Below are positions 28,307 to 42,608 of a stretch of 64,000 nucleotides of DNA, one piece after another (the stretch's first letter is position 1; each line of letters begins with the position of its first letter). The notes under the pieces were generated by a model, which was not told where the DNA came from, searched no databases, and worked only from the letters and a program-made list of their open reading frames with translations. Made by a program: the position numbers and the translations under genes. The stretch comes from Chrysomallon squamiferum (lineage: Eukaryota; Animalia; Mollusca): contig CM022670.1 in the NCBI GenBank assembly GCA_012295275.1, forward strand, positions 31,062,001-31,126,000, in the 5' to 3' direction.

Positions 28307-31300
28307 TCAGTTTGAAACAGTAGCCTTGTTGTACAAGTTACTGTATATTTTACTAAGATTATCATTAAATACAATTCTGTGAGACTTGCCACTGAGCTTG
28401 GCAGAATCTTCTGTCCAATATTCACCTCGGTTAAGGTGGACAAGGCTGGAAAAGAGAGAGAAAAAACTAAAAAAAACGATTAAACATTATTATTAGTATT
28501 AATTCTCAGTTACCAAGCCAAATTATGATGCACCAATAACAATGCACATACCATGCACATACCATTCATCTTATCATTATTGTAAATATTTCTAAAGTAT
28601 AAATAGTAAATTAATTATATACAGCAAACTAGTTTAACCACGTTTTTCTAACCATAAATATTTTTATATTATAAAGAATGGTAAATTAATTATAAATAGT
28701 AAATTATTTTATCCATCTTTGTGGTTAAGGTAAATATTTCTACATTATAAAGAAGAGTAAATTAATTTATTGATCATGTTGTTAATGTAACCATTTCTAC
28801 AGTATAACAAATAGAAATTTATTTATTTTATTATTATTGTAAACATTTCAACATTAAAATGAATAGTTAATTTGTTTATTTTATTGTTATTATAAATATT
28901 TCAACATTATAAGGGAAAGTAAATTAATTTATTAGTCTTATTGCTATTGTCAGTATTTCTATTTTATAAAGAATACTACTGACCTGATTGTTACTATAAA
29001 TATAATGAATAGTAAATTAAGTGTTCCTTTATCAGAATGACTACTCATTGTCACCAGAGTATTTCTTTTTAAAACATCCAAAAATCAGTTTTACATGATC
29101 AAATGTTAATTAATTGCAGCAACAGACATTGAATTAGAAAAAAAAGATAAAGATAAACAACATGTTATTCCTTAATTCAGATGTTTTAAAATAGTGCAAA
29201 GCTAAATTTCATATCAGAAATTAATTTATAAACTTGAATATTTTATATAATTTATTTATATAAATTGTAGACTTTTTTTATTGATCTTATTCTATGTCAG
29301 ATAGTGTTGTGCTTGGCCTCTATTTCAGTTGATAATCATCATATTTAATCCAAATTTTTTAAATGAAAATGTTGCCATTCTCTGATGTAGCATCAGATCT
29401 CTGTACAAAATACTATATTTATAGCCTTCTAAATTGACTAAGGTACTGAGAAAAAAAATACCATATGGATAATAAATAAATGATGAAACGAATTAGCAAG
29501 GGGGATAATTCTGTTAGACTGGTATATAATCATGTGCATTAACAAAATATGAAAATAAATAAATAAATATAAAAATATATAAACAAGCAAACAAAAAACA
29601 TCAGAAGAAAGTACAAGTCTGACTAAGTACTAATCAAATAATATCTGTAATAATAAAATAATAATTCTGTAATCTGCATTGCCAAATCAAGTTGATTTTA
29701 ATATATTAATATTATAAGAGAATAAAAATATATTAAAAACTTTAATAAATATATTATTTATAGATTATACATATATTTCAGTTACCCTTCATTCACAGAC
29801 AAAGTCACTACCTACATACCAATGTTTTTTTTTAAATTCTAATAAATGTTAGTATGTGATGTGATGTAAGTAAGAACAAAAAACCCCAAAATGAACCTGC
29901 TGATTCACCACAAGTACCTCCTTGACTTGGCTAGTAAAGTTTCTCTCTCCAGATCATCTAATGAGTCACACAGATAGCTGCTGAATGCAGATCTCTTTGG
30001 CAGGAACTGAAATAAACAAAAACATAAATAATTCATTCTTATCTATATTATATTAACTTTTTGTAAACTAACCAGTATCAGTCATTATGTGTTTCTGCTA
30101 AATTGTTAATTCATAAAATATAAGAAGGATAGCATATATTTATCATTAAATAAATGAATTAGAGCAAACACTTATGCTGTAATTTAAAAGTTAAATATGG
30201 GAAATATCATTTTCATCACGGAAATATTAAATAAATAAAATAGATAGAACAAGAATTTTATTTTATTAATACTGTAACATTTTGTAAACTTAACTATATA
30301 ACTAATTATTACATTGTTTTTGGCATATTAACAAACCTCCAAAAACAAATATGAGATATATGAAGTCCATCATTAAAACAGTAAATGAAAGTCTAAAATA
30401 TTGCTTTCTAATAACTCTTATGATACATGTATTCAGATATACAACAGGATATCTTTATAAAAATGAATTGTCTCAATACCCAATTTTTAAGCAAAACCAT
30501 ATCTTCATAATCGTTTTAAAATGTAAGAAAAGATTATTCACATTAGTGTGAATGCAGACATATGAAGATTCACAATATTCTCATGTGTGTAAGGAAATCC
30601 TGCACTGATAATTATTATACTGGTATAAAATCATCTGGATATATTTTTTATAGGGGCAAAATACTGGGATTTGGAGTAAATTTTTATAATTAAAATTCAG
30701 TAAAGACAGAATATGAAATTAATAAATCAAATCCTTTATCTCTTATTTGCTTCTGAATTTCAACTAGTTAATTATTTTTAAAACTAATTTTTTTTTTTTC
30801 TTTACACCAAAATCAACTTGTATGACAACCCAGTACTATAATAAACAAAAAAGACAACTTCATACTGGTGTGACATCAACTGGTGACAGTCTGTCAAGTC
30901 TCTCTATTGAGCGATGTTTTCGAACGAGTGAGGTAGAAGGAATGCAGGGAGAATATGGCCTATCAAATCTACTTCTAAAACTGGATCGATACAGCAATGG
31001 GCTGACTGATCTTGGACGAACTGGAGTGATGTCAGTGCATCGGTGACGTGCTGATGTCAGTTCTGCCACTTCAGCATCTGTGCAAATTAAGTCAGTAAAT
31101 CAATAACAACAACAACAATAATTTGCATGAAAAGTAATAAAAATAGGCAGCTATAATACTTTTGTTTTCAGAAGAAACAAAACTTAAAAGAATACTAAAA
31201 CAAACATGAAATGCCGTTTAAAAAAACAAATTAAGATTTTTAAATTTTGTTTTCTCTCTTAAAAACATATATTTCACATGTGAAGAAATATAAAAAAACT

Positions 31301-33902
31301 AAATATTACAAGATTATTTTTTATATATAATTATCTCAGTTAACATGACAGCTAAAATATTCTTGTATAGGAAACTTGAGAAAGATATACAATAATATCT
31401 GGACATATGATTTGTTTACATAAATTTTATTCTTACCATCATCATCATCATCAAGCAGATACTTTGAACGATAGACTGGCAGGGGATCATCATACGAATC
31501 TCTGTAAACCTAAAAATGAATTAAAAATTTCATTTCCATTTATTATGCTCCAAACCAGAATCCAAATAAAAATGTAAGTTACTGAAAAACCAATTATTGT
31601 TATTTTATTATATGACAATCTTATTTATCAAAACATTAGTTATCGTTATTATTATATAACATTATATATTATTGGACACATTCCATTTTCATTGAAGAAC
31701 CATAATCACTTTCATTAAATTATATATTACTATTTGTATGTGTGTGTGTACATGCATGTCTGCCTACATACATACATACATACATATATATATGTATCTA
31801 AGAGAGCAGTTTCATTGTTTATCTAAAAACAGTAACTAGTGACCACAAAAATATTTTTAAAATGTATTATTTATCTTTTATTTTTTTAATTAATGAATTG
31901 AAAACAATTGGCTAAATTAATTAAAGCTAGAATAATGAAACTAGATTCAAAAGCAATTTATCTACAAAGTCTAATGTCTTAAGCAAGCAAAACTGAAAGA
32001 TGAAATGTTTTGTATTCTTACACTGTTAAAAATCGGATAAATTCCAGTGAAAGATTAAAAGAATAAAATAATAATTTTTTGAAAGAATATGAAATAAAAC
32101 AAAAACTGTGAAAACATGAATAAGAAAATACTGATGTATTTTGTGCAAATGCCAATAAAACTAATTTTTAATTGTGCTATATAAACTGCCCCTTCTGTTT
32201 TATATTAAAAATAAGAAGTAATAATAAGAAACAATTTTGTTTTTAAATGTTTAAAGTTAGGTATCAGAAGAGAAAACATCAAATAACATTGCTTAAAATT
32301 TGCACACATCACCATAACAGTATTAAAAATCAAGGATATTTGTGTTTGCCAGTTCAAAATGTGACATACACAGTTATTAAAGTATGTTTTGATTAGTTAC
32401 CTTGCTCAGATGGTACCTGTGTCTCAGACTGGGGTAGTCTGAGTAATCATAGTCGTTGTAACCTCCTACAAAACAGAAAGGGTAGTCACATGCAGCATGC
32501 ACTAACTTCAGCAACACGCATAATGAATATATATTAATAATGTCTGACACATGTATTTTGTAATGATGGCTTGAGGGAAGAAATACACCATATGAAATAT
32601 ACTTTTTATATTATACACAACAGGAAATCAATGAAAGTCATGTGGCACTGGCAGGAATCAAATAGCTGAAGTGAAACATCAAGGAGAAGTGATCCCCAAC
32701 AACAGATTCTACATGCAGGATGCCATTACATTTTTTTTTTATTGTAACAAAGACAGCTAATATTCTCAGCTTGTCTAGTAAATTTTCAATTTATTTATTA
32801 ATTAAATATATATTTTAAAAACAATAAAAAAAATCTCTTCAAAATATCTATGAACAGAAATAATGTACAGATGTTTAAGTTGTTATCCATTAAAATCTTT
32901 TATAATAGCCTTAAATATTAATGCAATACCCTCTGTGAAAATGGGAATGTTTATAAAATAATTTATATTTGAGATTCAATCATGCAATACTTTCACAACA
33001 TAGTGGTTACCTATATGTCATATAATTTAGTGACCAACTGTGGAAATGTTTTTAAATACAAGTAAGTTAAACAATAAAAATGAATAAATGAAATGTGAAT
33101 ATATGAAATCAAAAACTGATGAAAACACTTTTAATTTCAATCAAACAACTACAATTGCAGGCAATGCATGCATTTGAAGTGTGTGAAATAATAAGGAACG
33201 AAAACCATGCCAAATTGGATGTTCATACCGGTACATTGTAATAGTGACCTGTTGGATGGTAATTATATGTGTGACCCCAATATGGCCGACCCATGTGTCG
33301 CTTATAGGCTTGACAAACCAAACAGTTCCTATCAATATAGCTAGTTCCATCACATGTACCATAGGCTATTGACAGATTAAGAAAATAAAATAAAAACTGT
33401 TAAGTAAATCAGCATAAATAAATAAATTAATATAAATAAACAAAAATCAACAATAAATAAATCAGTAAACAAACAAACAAATAAATAAATAAATAAATAA
33501 ATAAATAAAGAACTGGTTTTTTCATTAAACAGTAATGTCTATTAAACATGTCTCATCAGCTGAAACTGCCTAATACATCAGAATGGTAATCTGAAAAAGT
33601 TGAAGATTAAGTAAAGAAAATTCAATTCACTATGAAGCTATAACTATTAAAGTTTTGGAGCCATAATTACTGAAAAAAACCCTTCAATAATGAATAGTTC
33701 ATTGAAAACAATAACTAAAATCTAAAATTAAAAAAAAAAAAAAAAGATTAGTATTTCTGCATTTCTTAGAAATTTTTTATTTAAGATTATATAATCAAAT
33801 GCCTTTGTATCAAAAAAGTAATGCTGTGGTATTAATTAAAATATTTAATTTTAATTCAAAAATTATATATTTGCCACATTTTTATTATTATTTTTATTAT
33901 TA

Positions 33903-33946
<44 letters not shown>

Positions 33947-35085
33947 TTCTTAATCAGTTTATAAAGACAATATATATACAATATTTGAGATACCTAAACT
34001 AGACCGACTTGTGGATCTACTCAGACTGTAGCTTCTCTTTTTTTTCTTTTTGGCATTCTTCTCCACAGGGCCTCCAGGAACCCGACCTATTAGATCTGAA
34101 TCCAGCTGTGACAAAAGTTAACATTCAAACTGAATAAAAATAGCAAAATAACCACATAATACTTATGTTTTATCTGATGATTTTTTTTTTTTGTACACAT
34201 TTTTAAAAATGTATTATTATTATTATTTTATATGTTTAAATTAAAAAATGGAGTAAACATAACAATTTTTCTGTCAGAAGTGAGATTGTGTAATTAATTC
34301 ATTTCAAATAGCATATGAAATTTTTATTACAATGATTTATAGATTTGTAATTTGGCATATGTATTAATCTTCTCAAAATGCAAGGAAACTATCAAAATTC
34401 AATAAACAAATTTATCATTTTAAGAAACATCAACTTCTAACTTACTTATTATAAAATGGTAATTTAAAACAAAATTATAAATTAGGGCAATAAATAAATA
34501 AATCAATAAAAAGAAGCAAAATTCATATAATAATAAAGTTGTTTACTAAGTATCTAACCTTTCGGACAACAAATGGTGGTCGTGTGGTGTCAGTCAGATC
34601 AATGTCATCAAATCGTTTGTGCAGAGACAGTGATGGTGACCTAGAACGAAAAATAGAAGCTATGGTAGGCTGTCTGTACCTGTCTATTACAGGTTCTACC
34701 ATATGCTGATTACAGCATGACCTGTGAACAGAGAAGGAGAAAGTAAGATAAAGTGAAAAATTCTGATATGTAAAATTTAAATATATTTTAAAGGATGCTG
34801 GAATCATTTAGTAGTTTTTAAGAAATATTTCTTTTTTGAACAGCTTTGAAAAGTTGAATGTTCAAGATGAACCTGAATGAAACAGTTTTGCCTAGTTTTT
34901 ATTCTGTGATAAATGATAATAATTTCTGTTTTCAGACTCGGTGATTTTCACTTTTTAAATTATGCTTTAGACAAGTACTAAATGTAGATGATCAGTACAA
35001 TAAGAACTCATTTAGTTATCAAATTAACTTTTCAAAGATGGTTACTTATATTCCTACTTTCTCCTTGATTTCAATTATATATTTC

Positions 35086-35117
<32 letters not shown>

Positions 35118-38100
35118 TAATGTTTATGAAAACACTTAAAAAAGTAAATAAAATTGTGAAAAAACTACAATGTTTTATAAATCATAAAAAAAATCACAAA
35201 TATTAGTAGCCATATTCTTTGGAACAGAAAGAAGGATTGTTCCCCCCATCTCATGCATGCATTGTTCAACTGCAAAACTGAATGAAGGCTGCTTGTGAAA
35301 TGCAAATGTACCGAAAACAATTTTTAAGTTAATCTGAAGGTAAAATAATAAACCAGAAACAGTCAAGTGTTAATCTGTATAGTGACATATCTAAAACAAA
35401 AGTGGCAAGATCTTATTGGTAATGCATTATGAAAAACTGCCAAAAAAAAAAAAAAACAATAAAAAAATAAATTAAATTTAAAATAAATTAAAATAAATAG
35501 AAAATAATAAAAGAAAGAAAGAAAAGAAGAAAGAAAAACTAAGTCATTTATTAGCATAATGTTTATAAACCAAATTTTAAGATATCATCATGCGATGTCA
35601 TGCAAAAATCATAAAAATATCATTTTCTAAAGTAATTATAGCAGGTAATAATACTGCTACAACATGTCAAACCTATAATATACCTCAACAAAATTAATTA
35701 ATACAATTGGTTATACAGGCTGAAATAAAAGTGCAATAAAAAATTTAAAAAAACCATGCAGTAATATAATGTTAACTGAAATAAGGATTAAAGAAAAGAA
35801 ATTTTGACAATTATAGTGTTACCAATAACAATTTTTACGTTTTATTTATATCTTGAAATTCATTAAAGCTATATTTTTAATGATGCTTATTTTTAATTTA
35901 CAATTTAAAAAAAAAACAAAAAAAAACATGCCGTTTTTGACTGGAAAATAAAAAGATACATTATTTAATTTTAAAAAATAAAACAAGCTAAATATATTTA
36001 TTATGCAACCAATGCAAGTTATAATCTCAATAATCTGAAATCTGTTTCTAGCAGCTACACACAAAAACTAAAAGTAAGTTGCATCTAAAAGGTATGCAGT
36101 ATATGTACTGTTAGCTACATACATTTCACTCAGTTTAGTCAGGATTTTTTCACAATTCTTATTCTTACCGTGCTCGTTTTGGACTGGTAGATCTTTTTGT
36201 ACGCAAACGTCTTAGCCTCTGCAAAAAGAAAAATATAATTTAAAAATTCATGTGTGTGTGCATGTGCATATATATACATATAAATATATTTATCCTACAA
36301 CCTCTATAGCAGCAAGATATATGATGACTAGATACATTTTGGGGCTTTTTCAGATGGAACTATATTTAGTTTTATAAATCACTTATTATTTGCAAATATA
36401 TATCTGTGTGCGTGTGTTTGTGTTAATCAAAGTTACTTCTTTCACGTCAAATTTCTGGTGCAGAAAGACCATTTTGAAAATGGTTTTAGTAATATTAAAA
36501 TATAAATTGTTCTTTTAGAGCTGTTTTGTTTTAATGTATACTAAAATAAAAATAGATGCGTGTGAATTGATCAATGTCAAAAATGGCCTGTTGAGAAATA
36601 AAACAGTTAATTTTATTTAGTTTTTGTATTTTTAAGGAATAGAGGATAAATGAGTTAACTGGTTATTTCCTATGTTACGTATACTGTTATCATTTTCAAA
36701 ATTTTAACATCTGATCTATTTCCAAATGCTCAAAAGAAATCAACAGTAAAAATGTTTTCACATCACTGGGTTTTACACTTGCTGGTCACCTTGAATAAAG
36801 TAACAAAAATCCAAGCTAAAGAAATCTTCTTTATTTTCAAATAATAAAATAACATACAATAAAAAGATATAAATAATTTAAAAGATATATTACTGTACCA
36901 GATTCATCTGATGAAAAAGAAAATAATCTAAATATATTATAGAATCTTGTAATTTGGCATTTGGCATATTTCATTTTTAATTTAGAACTAAAAATCATAC
37001 CCTCTCTTCTTCCAAAGCATCATCTAACGCATCCAGTTCTGGTGAATAGGACTCCTTGATAACAGTTGATGTTGAGAATTCTAGCTTAGGTGCAATGCCC
37101 TATAGAAAAAATCATAAATAACAGTATTATATCACCAATAATAAATGTATGCAGGCGTAACAGTGATATGTCATAAACAACAGATTATAATAAACAGTTT
37201 ATATCTTGTAAATAAAAGAAATCAGGTGAAGGTGTAAGCAATGTTGAGAAAATGACATTTGTCAATTTATGAAATAAATATTTGGATGAGCAAATGCAGT
37301 AAATTATTTCAAATTAATATGAACTTTTAAAATACTGATAATGATTATAATACACTCTTTAATATAGTATTGCATATACAATCACCCTTTAGAAACCAGT
37401 ATATATTATTGTGGATATAAAGAATTAATAGTCACTAAAACAAACCACAAAAAAGAGAAATATGTTATAAAATGTGAGTGGATATCAATAGATTTGACTT
37501 ACTGGAAATGCAACAGTTCTACACATTAGTAGTTCTCGACATGTTGATGTGTATGTTGGTGCAAGTGATGGATATGGATACAGGAAGTCTCGCAAGTTAG
37601 TTGAAAATGTAGCCATTCGAACACCACCATCACAGTATTCTGAGAGCTGAATTAACTCAAAGATCACCAGTTCATCTGAAAGAACAAACAAAAAAACTAT
37701 ATGATCTTTTAGGTTTCATTTAAAATTAAGATATTTAAAAATAACAATCTGTAACCTAAATTTTACCTCTACTCCATGTTTATAAAGGCTGTTTCCGATA
37801 CAACCAAATAAAGTACTTCATGAAAAATAATTAGTAAAGATTACTACACTGTACACACACATAACTAGTAAAGGTCATCACACTGCACACACACACTCAC
37901 AAATATATATCCCTATCTGTTTATATATATATATATGTTTATTAAGTTTTTATATTGATTATTCTGTTCCTAAATGCAAAATCACACATTTTGTTAGTTA
38001 AGATTTTTTGTATCAGTGTATAACTTCTATTCATGCTTTTATAAAATTTAACTCCCAAAATTAGTGTTATCAATAAATAAAATTTAAAACATGGGATACC

Positions 38101-41100
38101 TTCCATGTAATCTGCAACATCTGATGGGTCCATTGCTGTATAAAAAGTCTGTTATAAAAAGAAAGCAAATGTTTTTGTATATATAACAGTATAATTAAAT
38201 ATATATTTATAATTATAGATGAACCTCAAATAACCACAAACCATATTTATGTACATGATTTCTTGTATGTTCAGATGTGGATGGTTTTAATATTGTTGGC
38301 CAAACAATTAATATTAACTATACAAATAGTTGAGAAAAAAAACTGACATTCCAAATGAAGTTTGAATAAAGTTATTGGGTCATTCCGTGTCAAATCACCC
38401 AATGGTTTAAACCCGACCGTCTCAGATTTTTATGAAACTTGGTATACTTGTTGACTGGGATCCCACAGCACCAAATCTGAAATTTTAGCTCAATCAGACC
38501 AGTGGTGTGGGAGATACGGCCCACCGAATTTTGAGATTTTTGCCAAAAATGGGTGTGGCCACCAACCTTAGAACCCTCACATCTCAGGAACTACTGGGCC
38601 AATCTTCATAAAATTGGTATTGTTAGAAAGGCAAAATGACAAGGATACCAAATCTGCCATTTTTGTTTAGTTTGGAAAATACTGGAGTACCTTGACCTTT
38701 TGACCTTTGCTATGACCTTGAAACTGACCGTGTGGATCACGTGATCTTGAGATGACCTTTGTTGAAATTTAATCTCCCACATGTTAACTAAAACATATAA
38801 AAGTTTCCTGGGTGTAATATTTTTTGTTTAGCCACAATATAGATTTAAAAAAATGCACATACATGAAAATAACACCTTTTCAGCCATTAACATCTGATTA
38901 ACTAAAACCTGAATGATCAATTCTGGATGCTAGGAATCACCATCTCTCTTGATCATGAAGTAAGACATTGTAGGCCTACATGTATGCATAAAGTTCACAT
39001 ATAAAGGTTTCCTGGGTATAATATTTTTTGTTTAGCCATAATAGAGATTTAAAAAATGCATACCTGCATGGATGATTGATACTATGCATTACAATGTACA
39101 TTTTTTCTGAGACTAAAACTCATCTTTGGAGTTAAAACCCATCTGACATGTCTGAAGGAATGCCTGAAGGATATGAAAAGATGCCAAATGGCATGACATG
39201 TTGTACACAATCAGGCTGAAAGGGTTAACAGGAAGTGATGCTTCAGGCAGGTCAGGAACTCCTTTAGATTCCCTGGTGCAATCCCCATTGAACACATGGC
39301 AATTAGAAGTTTAAGACAAAGAAGTTTAAGACAAAGAAGTTTCTTCATCTGCATTTCTTTGACAATCTGAAGCTTTTTAAGTTGGACACAGTGTCAGATG
39401 TTGATATATAAACAATATTTTTATTTCATAAAACCTATTAAGTAATTTTATCATGTCATGTGGGCCGTGCCATTGGTTTTGAACAAGGTTTCAGTCAACA
39501 ACAGTACAACCCAGTCTGAAATCAGACGTCATCGAGTGATGTACTGCATAATGTATTTGTACACCCAGTCTTCTGCACAGAGTATGAACAAGGTCTACTT
39601 CACCTTAATAAACTGTGATTTATACTTGAGAAGATTGACATAAATGCCCAAGACTTGTGGGCCTTTGGCAATAACACATGTACTCTGCTGCCATTTTATG
39701 ACCTGCTTAACTTTACTGAAAGGGTTTCAGGATTTGATTTAATATTTAGGAAAGCACCGACTTTGTTCTATTGAATTGAAGGTGCAGGCCAATACTGAAA
39801 ATCCTTATTTCTTCCAGGGCTAACTGCAGCTTTAACTCTCCTGAAAATGTGTGTTATCAACACCATCATATCAAAAAGGAGTTGTTGCGAAGTGCATGGA
39901 AAACTGAGGAAGTTGAACTCCTCACTCTTTGAAGTGGGATCAAAACACGGGACATCAAGAGTATCACGAACAAGAACTTTTCATCAAATTTTCAACATTG
40001 CAGAAAAACTGTTGTGATCCCCTTAATCGCCACCCTGAGCAAGCACGCACTAGATCTTTAAGAATTGTTAGCATGGGCACTTACAAATGCTTAGTAAATC
40101 CTCCAAAGACACTAGTGCCAGGAGACAAGTTGTGCTGTGACTGTCTGATTACCCTTCAGAAATCAAAGGTCCTGCAGAGGATGGCTTTAGTATGGGTGGT
40201 ATTACAATGGGAGAATTTGGTGATAACTTGCCAGACAAACCACTGGTTGTTGTTTCCCCAGAAAAGGACTTTGATTTGAATTCTATTCTGTCGAGTTTAG
40301 GTGAAACTCCTGTCAAACTCCATTCACTAGCAAATTCCAGTAAATGAATGAAAGGACAGAAAAAAACTAGCATCAGCTACAGTAACATTAAAATGACATC
40401 TTAATGTCTGAATCCTACCCAGAGTGTGTGCAAATCTTGATTTTGTCACCCTTTACCATTGAAAGGACAATGAATTGAAGGAGGAAATAATCCAATTTTA
40501 TGAAAGTGATGAGAACAGTAGAATGTGTCTGGGAATGAAGGATACAGTGAGCATTTGAAACAAACATAGTGAGAAGGTTAAGCATCAGAAACACCTAGTT
40601 CTCTCAAATTTATGTGAATTTTATGCATACATGTAGGCCTACAATGTCTTACTCAATGATCAAGAAAGATGGTGATCCCTAGCATCCAGAATTGATCATT
40701 CAGGTTTTAGTTAATCAGATGTTAATGGCTGAAAAGGTGTTATTTTCATGTATGTGCATTTTTTAAATCTATATTGTGGCTAAACAAAAAATATTACACC
40801 CAGGAAACTTTTATATGTTTTAGTTAACATGTGGGAGATTAAATTTCAACAAAGGTCATCTCAAGATCACGTGATCCACATGGTCAGTTTCAAGGTCATA
40901 GCAAAGGTCAAAAGGTCAAGGTACTCCAATATTTTCCAAACTAAACAAAAATGGCAGATTTGGTATCCTTGTCATTTTGCCTTTCTAACAATACCAATTT
41001 TATGAAGATTGGCCCAGTAGTTCCTGAGATGTGAGGGTTCTAAGGTTGGTGGTCACACCCATTTTTGGCAAAAATCTCAAAATTCGGTGGGCCGTATCTC

Positions 41101-42358
41101 CCATACCACTGGTCTGATTGAGCTAAAATTTCAGATTTGGTGCTGTGGGATCCCAGTCAACAAGTATACCAAGTTTTATAAAAATCTGAGACGGTCGGGT
41201 TTAAATTTCTTTTTTTTTTTGGGTGATTTGACACGGAATGACCCTATTACATTTGAATGAATTTATTACATTTGAATAAAGATAATACATTTCCACTTGC
41301 AACTGCTTTATTATTAATGAAATGTTTACCCTGACAACAAGCACTCTTACAAGTTAACAAAATTATATTTTCCAAGATTTCTTTTTTCTTTAAAATGAAA
41401 TAAAATTTTAAAAATAAATGTACCTTTTCAAATCTGAACTTTTCATTGATAAGCAATGGGAAAATGGATGGCATCAAATGTGTATTTTTGTACTGTCCAA
41501 GCATGGACACACTTAAGTACACCTCTTCTTTGCTGGGTAACCATACCCCAGGTGCCGAAACCTACAACAAAGAAAAACAGAATTATCAGGTATAACAGTG
41601 ACACATTTTAATGTGATAATTTGAGAATTTTTATTTTATTTATAAATTTTTCTTTTCTAGGATTATCTTTCATATTGGAGAAATGACACACTATCTTTTA
41701 TTTTATTATCAAGAAAATATCAAGCTGGATGTTATTCAGAATCAAATGCCGATCCACTGATATTGCCCTATTTGTCTGTTTCACTGGGACAAGAGGTTAC
41801 ATTACTTAACTATCCCCTTACAATGTTATGTATATCTTACATACCTCTAATAATTGTTTTACAAACAAGCTGAACATCCAATGCACTCATACATTTTAAC
41901 ATCAAAATACAGTTTTATTTATTTATTTACTTTTGTTTTGTTTTGTTTGTTTGATTTTCGGTCGTTGTTTTTAAAAGGGTTTCTTTTTTATTAATTTTTC
42001 TATTTATTTTAAAGTTTATAATTAATAGTAATAATACTGAATACATATTAACAGATATCCGATATCGCTTTTTCAGTAAATCATTTATAACACCCAAATG
42101 TGATATTATGCATTATTTTATTTTTTCTATACTAACAAATTAAAACTGACCAAATGAAGAAACAAAATTAATCAAAAGAAAATGCAAGTGAAGGTAAATA
42201 ATGATTGAGCGGGTTTAAGGAAACATGACCAAACTTGATATTCTATATGAAATAAATGAAAGCAGATTAAAAATAACAATTTAAAAGCACAAACTTCCAA
42301 ATTTACTTACGGCATGAAGCTTTAAATCCACAACACATCTAAGTGCTCGTTTAGGCAT
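28307..42358 (-). CDS. SPATA6: Spermatogenesis-associated protein 6 family (SPATA6/SPATA6L-like), complete; ~493 or ~469 aa depending on isoform
   Basis: Exons 42311-42358, 41424-41561, 38100-38148, 37503-37675, 37001-37099, 36169-36218, 34559-34721, 33994-34105, [33229-33365 or 32401-32465], 31437-31509, 30866-31077, 29918-30006, 28307-28445, all GT-AG. N-terminus MPKRALRCVVDLKLHAVSAPGVWLPSKEEVYLSVSMLGQYKNT...FELIQL...RDFLYP...FPGIAPKLEFSTSTVIKE, internal RPPFVVR and C-terminal LVHLNRGEYW...GKSHRIVFNDNLSKIYSNLYNKA match recalled SPATA6 motifs. Confidence 0.92.
28580..29020. repeat. Degenerate AT-rich tandem repeat (core TAAATATTTCTACATTATAAAGAAGAGTAAATTAATT) in the last SPATA6 intron
   Basis: Several diverged copies are visible at roughly 55-65 bp spacing. 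Confidence 0.6.
32401..32465 (-). CDS. SPATA6: SPATA6 alternative exon B (phase 1 to 0)
   Basis: ttttgtag|...AAG|GTAACT; encodes (G)GYNDYDYSDYPSLRHRYHLSK. Phase-0 reading hits TGA. Confidence 0.65.
33229..33365 (-). CDS. SPATA6: SPATA6 alternative exon A (phase 1 to 0)
   Basis: aatag|...|GTATGA; encodes (A)YGTCDGTSYIDRNCLVCQAYKRHMGRPYWGHTYNYHPTGHYYNVP with no stop. Confidence 0.65.
38377..41244 (+). mobile_element. Sola2-type DNA transposon, internally deleted, in SPATA6 intron 2
   Basis: Termini GGGTCATTCCGTGTCAAATCACCC ... GGGTGATTTGACACGGAATGACCC. Near-identical TIRs of ~620 bp (38377-~39000 and ~40612-41244), 4-bp TSD TATT on both sides, GRG ends. Plus-strand transposase relics NCCDPLNRH...PGDKLCCDC and IIQFYESDENSRMCLGMKDTVSI*...QKHLVLSNLCEFYA resemble the Sola2 N-terminal region. 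Confidence 0.85.
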
Positions 42359-42574
42359 TATAGTGAAATGAACAGCAAAATGAAAACCAATAAATGATAA
42401 AACATTAGAGAAACAGTCGTTTCTTGTTTGGGGGTTGCAGGGGACGCAACAAATTTGACCAATCAGGTTTAACTTCTTAGGGAGGTCTGCGTAACAAAAC
42501 TGATGTTCCCAATTATAAAATACTTCAATATATTTGAATAAATTTTAACGTCAAGACACATTTTTTCTTTTATA

Positions 42575-42608
<34 letters not shown>

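Noticed and set aside
33141-33362. 73-aa ORF MVHVMELAILIG... as a membrane peptide
   Set aside because: It overlaps SPATA6 alternative exon A in another frame, and the splice phases favour the exon frame.
42434-42451. RFX X-box in the SPATA6 promoter (GTTGC...GCAAC)
   Set aside because: Half-site spacing is too long for the X-box consensus.
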